In this document: piece by piece, positions 56,601-64,000 of the stretch
Numbering within the stretch: the stretch's first letter is position 1
Layout: each line of letters begins with the position of its first letter
Source: Eledone cirrhosa
Lineage: Eukaryota
NCBI GenBank assembly: GCA_964016885.1
Contig: OZ024740.1
Coordinates: 436,170,001 to 436,234,000, forward strand
Direction: 5' to 3'
Length of the DNA stretch: 64,000 nt
Translations under genes and position numbers: made by a program
The notes under the pieces: model-generated
What the model was told of the DNA's origin: nothing
Databases searched by the model: none
Seen by the model: the letters and a program-made list of their open reading frames with translations, nothing else

Positions 56601-59452
56601 GGTGTTCTATGTGATGTGGTGGTGGTAGGTGGTGTCCTATGTGGTGTGGTGGTGGTAGGTGGTGTTCTATGTGGTGTGGTGGTGGTAGGTGGTGTTCTAT
56701 GTGATGTGGTGGTGGTAGGTGGTGTTCTATGTGATGTGGTGGTGGTGGTGGTGTTCTATGTGATGTGGTGGTGGTAGGTGGTGTCCTATGTGGTGTGGTG
56801 GTGGTAGGTGGTGTTCTATGTGGTATGGTGGTGGTAGGTGGTGTTCTATGTGATGTGGTGGTGGTAGGTGGTGTTCTATGTGATGTGGTGGTGGTGGTGG
56901 TGTTCTATGTGATGTGGTGGTGGTAGGTGGTGTCCTATGTGGTGTGGTGGTGGTAGGTGGTGTTCTATGTGGTGTGGTGGTGGTAGGTGGTCTATGTGAT
57001 GTGGTGGTGGTGGTGGTGTTGTTCTATGTGATGTGGTGGTGGTAGGTGGTGTTCTATGTGGTGTGGTGGTGGTGGTAGGTGGTGTTCTATGTGATGTGGT
57101 GGTGGTAGGTGGTGTTCTATGTGATGTGGTGGTGTTAGGTGGTGTTCTATGTGATGTGGTGGTGGTGGTGGTGTTGTTCTATGTGATGTGGTGGTGGTGG
57201 TGGTAGGTGGTGTTCTATGTGATGTGGTGGTGGTGGTAGGTGGTGTTCTATGTGATGTGGTGGTGGTAGGTGGTGTTCTATGTGATGTGGTGGTGGTGGT
57301 AGGTGGTGTTCTATGTGATGTGGTGGTGGTAGGTGGTGTTCTATGTGATGTGGTGGTGGTGGTGTTGTTCTATGTGATGTGGTGGTGGTGGTGGTGTTCT
57401 ATGTGATGTGGTGGTGGTAGGTGGTGTTCTATGTGATGTGGTGGTGGTGGTGGTGGTGTTCCTGTGATGTGGTGGTGGTGGTGTTGTTCTATGTGATGTG
57501 GTGGTGGTAGTGGTGGTAGGTGGTATTCTATGTGATGTGGTGGTGGTAGGTGGTGTTCTATGTGATGTGGTGGTGGTGGTGTTGTTCTATGTGATGTGGT
57601 GGTGGTGGTGGTAGGTGGTGTTCTATGTGATGTGGTGGTGGTAGGTGATGTTCTATGTGATGTGGTGGTGGTAGGTGGTGTTCTATGTGATGTGGTGGTG
57701 GTAGGTGGTGTTCTATGTGATGTGGTGGTGGTGGTGGTGGTAGGTGTTGTTCTATGTGATGTGGTGGTGGTAGGTGGTGTTCTATGTGGTGTGGTGGTGG
57801 TAGGTGGTGTTCTATGTGATGTGGTGGTGGTAGGTGGTGTTCTATGTGATGTGGTGGTGGTGTTGTTCTATGTGATGTGGTGGTGATAGGTGGTGTTCTA
57901 TGTGATGTGGAGGTGGTGGTGTTGTTCTATGTGATGTGGTGGTGGTAGGTGGTTTCTATGTGATGTGGTGGTGGTGGTGTTGTTCTATGTGATGTGGTGG
58001 TGGTGGTGGTGTTCTATGTGATGTGGTGGTGGTAGGTGGTGTTCTATGTGATGTGGTGGTGGTGGTGTTGTTCTATGTGATGTGGTGGTGGTAGGTGGTG
58101 TTCTATGTGATGTGGTGGTGGTGGTGTTGTTCTATGTGATGTGGTGGTGGTGGTGGTGGTAGGTGGTGTTCTATGTGATGTGGTGGTGGTGGTGTTGTTC
58201 TATGTGATGTGGTGGTGGTAGGTGTTTTCCTATGTGGTGTGGTGGTGGTGGGTGGTGTTCTATGTGGTGTGGTGGTGGTGGTGGTAGGTGGTGTTCTATG
58301 TGGTGTGGTGGTGGTGGTGGTAGGTGGTGTTCTATGTGGTGTGGTGGTGGTGGTGGTAGGTGGTGTTCTATGTGGTGTGGTGGTGGTGGTGGTAGGTGGT
58401 GTTCTATGTGGTGTGGTGGTGGTGGTGGTAGGTGGTGTTCTATGTGGTGTGGTGGTGGTGGTGGTAGGTGGTGTCCTATGTGGTGTGGTGGTGGTGGGTG
58501 GTGTTCTATGTGATGTGGTGGTGGTAGGTGGTGTTCTATGTGATGTGGTGGTGGTGGTGGTGTTGTTCTATGTGATGTGGTGGTGGTAGGTGGTGTTCTA
58601 TGTGGTGTGGTGGTGGTAGGTGGTGTTCTATGGTGTGTGGTGGTGGTGGTGGTAGGTGGTGTTCTATGTGATGTGGTGGTGGTAGGTGGTGTTCTATGTG
58701 ATGTGATGTGGTAGGTGGTGTTCTATGTGATGTGGTGGTGGTGGTGGTGTTGTTCTATGTGATGTGGTGGTGGTAGGTGGTGTTCTATGTGGTGTGGTGG
58801 TGGTAGGTGGTGTTCTATGTGGTGTGGTGGTGGTAGGTGGTGTTCTATGTGATGTGGTGGTGGTAGGTGGTGTCCTATGTGGTGTGGTGGTGGTAGGTGG
58901 TGTTCTATGTGATGTGGTGGTGGGGTGGTGGTGGTGCTCTTTGTGATGTGGGGGGTTCTATGTGATGTGGGTGGAGGTGGTGTTCTATGTGATGTGGTGG
59001 TGGTGGTGGTGTTGTTCTATGTGATGTGATGTGGTAGGTGGTGTTCTATGTGATGTGGTGGTGGTGGTGGTGTTGTTCTATGTGATGTGGTGGTGGTAGG
59101 TGGTGTTCTATGTGATGTGGTGGTGGTGGTGGTGTTCTATGTGGTGTGGTGGTGGTAGGTGGTGTTCTATGTGATGTGGTGGTGGTGGTGGTGTCCTATG
59201 TGGTGTGGTGGTGGTAGGTGGTGTTCTATGTGATGTGGTGGTGGGGTGGTGGTGGGGTGGTGGTGGTGCTCTCTGTGATGTGGGGGGTTCTATGTGATGT
59301 GGGTGGAGGTGGTGTTCTATGTGAGGTGGTGGTGGTGGTGATGGTGATGGTGGCGGTGTTCTATATGATGGTGGTGGTGGTGCTCTATGTGATGTGGTGG
59401 TGGTGGTGGTAGGTGGTGCTCTATGTGATGTGGTGGTGGTGGTGGTGCTCTA
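53698..59452. repeat. 5.75-kb minisatellite: (GTG)n-[GTAG-GTG]-GTGTTCTATGTGAT, units ~27-39 bp
   Basis: Constant ttctatgtgat anchor with variable GTG count; explains the VVVVGGVLCD ORFs. Confidence 0.97.
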
Positions 59453-59540
59453 CGACTGCCAGCAGTCACTGACCTGACAGGCGCCTCCTCCTCTGAAAGT
59501 CAACCCCAAAGGAGAAAGCAGTTATCTTCAACTATGCTTC

Positions 59541-59647
<107 letters not shown>

Positions 59648-59661
59648 ATTTCTTCCTTGTC

Positions 59662-59708
<47 letters not shown>

Positions 59709-60094
59709 GCCATTTCTTCCTTGTGTGTATATATATATATATTATATATATATATAGAGACAAGGAAGAAATGGCAGAATGTTATAATATTATTATTATT
59801 ATTTACTTCTACTTTTCCAAGATTTCTTCTCCACTTCCCACTCCAGACTTTTACTTCTACGTCAGTCACTTTATCAATATTTTCTTATAGTTTTCTTATT
59901 GTTTTCTTATTGTTTTCTTATTCTTTCTTATTCTCTCATAATTTCTTGTTGTTTTTCTTTGTCTCAACTTCTTTGTTGTGTCCTGAAGAATACGTTTTTT
60001 GACGAATCTACCAGCTTATATATATTTTATAGGAAAATATGCGAACCTAAGTTTTGCTCTTTTTTAATTCTTTTATATATATATATATATATAT

Positions 60095-60775
60095 AACGGC
60101 GATGAATTTGTAGATGGCAAATTTTGGTGGTAACTTTAGGATTTGTTGTTCTTGTTCACTGATTAAAGTGTTCCCATAGATATTTACTGTGTGGTCATTG
60201 GTAAATTCTTCCGGTAGTTTTACATCACTCATACGTATGTTGTCGATGTTATCTGGGTATTTTTGAGAATATTCGATTTTCCTTTCTTGTAGTTTTTTCT
60301 TATTCATCCATTCTAATTTCTTCTTGAAATGCCTACAGCATTCGTTTTGAGCATATTTCGTTTCGCGTCGGATGACGCTCATGAAGTCATCTCTCTCGTT
60401 TGCTGTGATGAGATTTCGGATTTCCTTACCGTTGATGCGTTTTTGTCTGTAGAGTGCGTTGACTTTTGTGTATGTTGTTCTTTTCATATTAACTGTTATT
60501 GTGTGTTTTAGCCGTTCAGCTTGTGTTTTGTTCAATAATAAATTATTTACTTGTTTTGATATGTTTGTTGTGTATGTTTTGGAGGAAACACAGTGTTTTA
60601 AGAAGCGGATTTGTTCTGTTGTTATTGTAGTTTTTATATAACAGAAAACAGTGTCTTTCAATAACCTTTCAGCTTGGCACAAGCTAATGCCATAGCGGCG
60701 ATGAATTAGTTTTGCGAGGTTTTTTATATGAAATCGTGTGTCGAAACAGATATTGTTATATTTGGGGAGGGTCAT
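60095..60775 (-). pseudogene. N-terminal ~227 codons of the PLE-2 ORF
   Basis: [38 protein letters not shown] resembles PLE N-terminal motifs; cut off by (TA)n. Confidence 0.75.
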
Positions 60776-60970
60776 ATTTGCGTAATATTGCCAGAATTAA
60801 TAACAGAACACACTCACTGTTTGGTTGGTTTTCGCTTCTCGCTGTCTTTTATATATATATATCTGCGATCTAACTTACTCGGTCCTCAATGTTGCCATTG
60901 ACTGACCGGCGGTCAAAAATAATACAGATACAATATAGACAAACACATATATATATAGTTTACATAATTT

Positions 60971-61013
60971 ACATAAATCTTTCGTTGCACATCTGCAACA
61001 TCGTCAGTGGTGT
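60971..61013 (-). ncRNA. Minimal hammerhead motif in the PLE-2 pLTR
   Basis: CUGACGA-t-gttgca(gatg)tgcaac-GAAA-gatt-UA; stem I weak (ca/tg). Confidence 0.6.
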
Positions 61014-61285
61014 TATATTCATTGTTCCTCCTGTTGTGTTGTATGTCTACGCCATTTTTTTTTTGTTCAGTCTGTCTATATATTTATTTATTTATTTGCT
61101 TGTTTGTTTATCTTATTTTATTTTGTCTTCTTTGCGCATGCGTTTGCGTGTGTGTATAGTGTTATGTGTGATGTGTGACTAGTGTGTATAGTGTTGTGTC
61201 TGCTGGGTGACTAGTGTGTGTTTATGTGCTTGTGTATGTATTTATTTATCTTATTTTATTTATTTAATTTAATTTACTTATTTAT

Positions 61286-63240
61286 TTATACTTCTCTTAG
61301 GTCAGTGTTGTTTGTTTGGGTGTTGTTGTTGTTCCACTCATTCTTTCTATTTAGCTTTGGTCTTCTAATTTCTATTTCACTGGCCTCTCTGATTTGCCTA
61401 TCTGCTGGGTCATTCCTATGTTTAGATATTATTCTAATTTCTATGTTGTCTATGTTACCGTCATGTTGTTGTCTAGCATGTTCGTATAGTACTGACCCGT
61501 TTTTTCGTCCTTTTAGTTCCCCCCAGTGTTGGTCTATCCTTTCACCTATGCTACGAGCTGTCTCACCTATGTATGTTGTTGTCGTGTTTCTGCAAGTACC
61601 CTCTGTACATCTTATGCTATAGACTACGTTTCTAGTTTTACAGTTTATCCGGGGGTTCACCTTACATATGATACATTTCCTATTGGTACAGTGGGTTTTC
61701 TTAAAAGGGTAGGTTTTGCTGATCAGGGATTTTATGGTGGTTCCTGGCTTTTCTACCACCTTTATTTTTAAGTGGGTCTTTCTCAGGGCCTTTCTACACT
61801 GGTTAGCTAATTTCCCTCCAGGGGTGGCGTCCACAAACATGACACTCTGATATCTCTGGTTGTCGTACCATGATGTGGCCTTCCCTATCTTATGTCTAGC
61901 CCTATCTAAGCTATTCCATGATTTGCTCCTGTATAGTGGGCAAATTCCTTTCATGTCCAGTTCTATGAGGGTCTTATACTTTTCCATGGCTCCTTCGTAT
62001 ACTCTGACTCTGTCTCTTTGGTTGTAGCCAGAGAACTGCATGCGGTTGATGAAGTGTTGGATGTGTCCTTCCATTTCTGTTGGGTCGCACATGCTGGACA
62101 CATTCTTCATCACTCGTACCAAATCTGCGATCAGAATATTAAACTTAGCACTACTGGACATTGCTGAGTTTTTGAGTATCAGGTATTTGGAGGCCATGGG
62201 TTTAGCATAGTGTGAGTGGAGAATTTGGGCTCTCTCATCTATAGTGTTAATCCAGAGTTCTGTGTCTAATACAGGTAGTCTATTGTTAGGGTGTTTGGAA
62301 GGGAAGTCTATAGTTACAGTTATACTCTGGTGTATGGAATTAGCTATCTGCTGGATGCTTTCCATCGTGCTACGTTCTAAATCAAACTTGTTAGTGCTCT
62401 CTAGTGGGGGTGTTCTTATAACTATATTGATATCGTCTACATAACGAGAGTACATGATGAGGTCTATGGAGCTTTCATTAAGGAGGAGATCTTTAAGTCT
62501 CCTTTCCCACCATACCATGAAAAGGTTGGCAACATCACCAGCTATGCTGACGCCGATGGCTGCTCCCTCATTTTGGGTGTAGATTTTCTCATTGAACTTA
62601 AATATGTGGCCCTTTAGGGTAGTTTTGATACTAGCCCCTATTGCATGTGCGACCATTTTTCTTACCTGATCAGTGTTTTGGGGGGTCCGTATAGCTTTGG
62701 TCCACCCAATCCACCTTCCTATGGGAGTCTTTTTAGCCATTGAGGTTATGGTGGGGGCTCTACCTCTTATAGGTCTACTAGGGCAGAAACATCTAAGGTC
62801 ATGGCTGTCTAGGTAGTCAGTGTCGTAGGTAAGTCTAAGTAGGAGGCCCAGTTCGTCTGTGTCGACGTCGCAGAACTCCACCTCACTCTCAATGATCATC
62901 TCCACACATCTTTTCACAGCAAAATCAATGTTAATGGATGGGTACAGTGACACCACATCCATGCTGCCTATTATGCAGTTGGATAGGCTCCTGTTTTTGT
63001 TGCACTCACTGATTCTGCTGAGGAGGTCCTCTGTACTTTCACATACATCTGGGGACATCTTGATTATGGGGCGTATAACCATTGAGAGGAAGTAGGAGAT
63101 CCTGTAGTTGCTAGCTATATTAGCTCCGCATACGGGTCTTGTTGGTGGTCCTGTTGTCGGGTCGTCGACTGTCTTGTGGTCTTTGCGGAGCCCATACAAG
63201 GGTGGTATGCCATTGTTAGACGCCTGGAAGTTGTTGGCAG
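61286..63240 (-). pseudogene. PLE-2 RT + GIY-YIG endonuclease, 5'-truncated but open (~650 aa)
   Basis: LYGLRKDHK, PTRPVC, GSMDVVSLYPSI, QNEGAAIG, RYVDD, Cx4Cx2C linker, NVVY..YIGETAR..R..QH. The first ~83 aa of track ORF 61286..63490 are antisense pLTR. Confidence 0.93.
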
Positions 63241-63365
63241 TGCGCAAAGAAGACAAAATAAAATAAGATAAACAAACAAGCAAATAAATAAATAAATATA
63301 TAGACAGACTGAACAAAAAAAAAATGGCGTAGACATACAACACAACAGGAGGAACAATGAATATA

Positions 63366-63408
63366 ACACCACTGACGATGTTGCAGATGTGCAACGAAAG
63401 ATTTATGT
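63366..63408 (+). ncRNA. Minimal hammerhead motif in the inverted PLE-2 pLTR
   Basis: Reverse complement of 60971-61013; CUGACGA 63372-63378, GAAA 63396-63399. Confidence 0.6.
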
Positions 63409-63641
63409 AAATTATGTAAACTATATATATATGTGTTTGTCTATATTGTATCTGTATTATTTTTGACCGCCGGTCAGTCAATGGCAACATTGAGGACCGA
63501 GTAAGTTAGATCGCAGATATATATATATAAAAGACAGCGAGAAGCGAAAACCAACCAAACAGTGAGTGTGTTCTGTTATTAATTCTGGCAATATTACGCA
63601 AATATGACCCTCCCCAAATATAACAATATATATATAACATT

Positions 63642-64000
63642 ATCTATAAAAGGCAGATTGTTGTTGTTGTGTGTGCGTGTGTGCATGTTCCATGTTTATA
63701 CATTCGCGTAATTTCAAACCGATTCGACTCAAATTCTGTAAGAATGTTATAAATGGTCTAACTTAGGTCAACGACTATTTATTTCATTCAAACTTACCCA
63801 CAATTACTGAAATAATCGATAAAACTAAATACATGGCGCTTTACCCTCTAATACAATCAGATTCACCCTATCTTCTCCACTTAAAATTCGATAAAACTAC
63901 ATACATGCTTACAAACTTCCTTTAGGAACGCCGAAGAGAGAGAGAAAGAGAACGTTTGTTTTTAAATGTGGAACGGTCAAACATTTATTTACTTCAATGA
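63642..64000 (+). mobile_element. Probable non-autonomous Helitron-like 5' end
   Basis: A|TCTATAAA start, short microsatellite, then ccgattcgactcaaatt, a layout typical of invertebrate Helitron-N; 3' end lies outside the window. Confidence 0.4.

Larger units (their letters stand above)
60095..63627 (-). mobile_element. Penelope-like element PLE-2 (Neptune/Nematis-type linker), permuted, with inverted pLTR
   Basis: Minus-strand order: inverted pLTR 63627-63241, RT-EN 63240-61286, 3' UTR/pLTR 61285-60776, ORF N-terminus 60775-60095; TA-rich flanks. Confidence 0.92.

Noticed and set aside
53911-59412. VVVVGGVLCD repeat ORFs
   Set aside because: Minisatellite translations with frequent frame changes and stops.
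59975-60070. CTGAAGA..GAA hammerhead-like motif
   Set aside because: No GAAA box or convincing stems; at most a decayed pLTR.
63241-63490. Hydrophobic N-terminus of the 734-aa ORF as a membrane anchor fused to RT
   Set aside because: It is the antisense of the inverted 3' UTR (same peptide at 60889-61136) joined in frame by chance.

Overview
Repeat-dense eukaryotic (animal) DNA with no recognisable host protein-coding gene. The SINE families resemble those I recall from octopod cephalopods, which is inference and needs a search. Most ORF-track entries are microsatellite artefacts. The window holds one 200-N gap, very large (TA)n, (GTT)n and GTG-rich arrays, and 30-, 46- and 47-bp minisatellites. 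Mobile elements: two Penelope-like retroelements (PLEs; RT plus C-terminal GIY-YIG) with inverted pseudo-LTRs, two convergent Tx1/L1-clade LINEs with complementary deletions, a CR1-group LINE, two R4/Dong 3' ends in (TAA)n, an RTE relic, several SINEs, a hAT-like MITE and a probable Helitron end. The most striking pattern is a set of hammerhead-ribozyme (HHR) elements inserted into (TA)n. I folded nine HHR motifs from six unrelated families by eye. Many sit in short non-coding fold-back insertions that share an ACTC...GAGTGC-like 3' tail. One stand-alone HHR (18696-18786, minus) is canonical with a GUC site. Solitary ~67-bp tails encode the same MTLPKYNN start as one PLE ORF.
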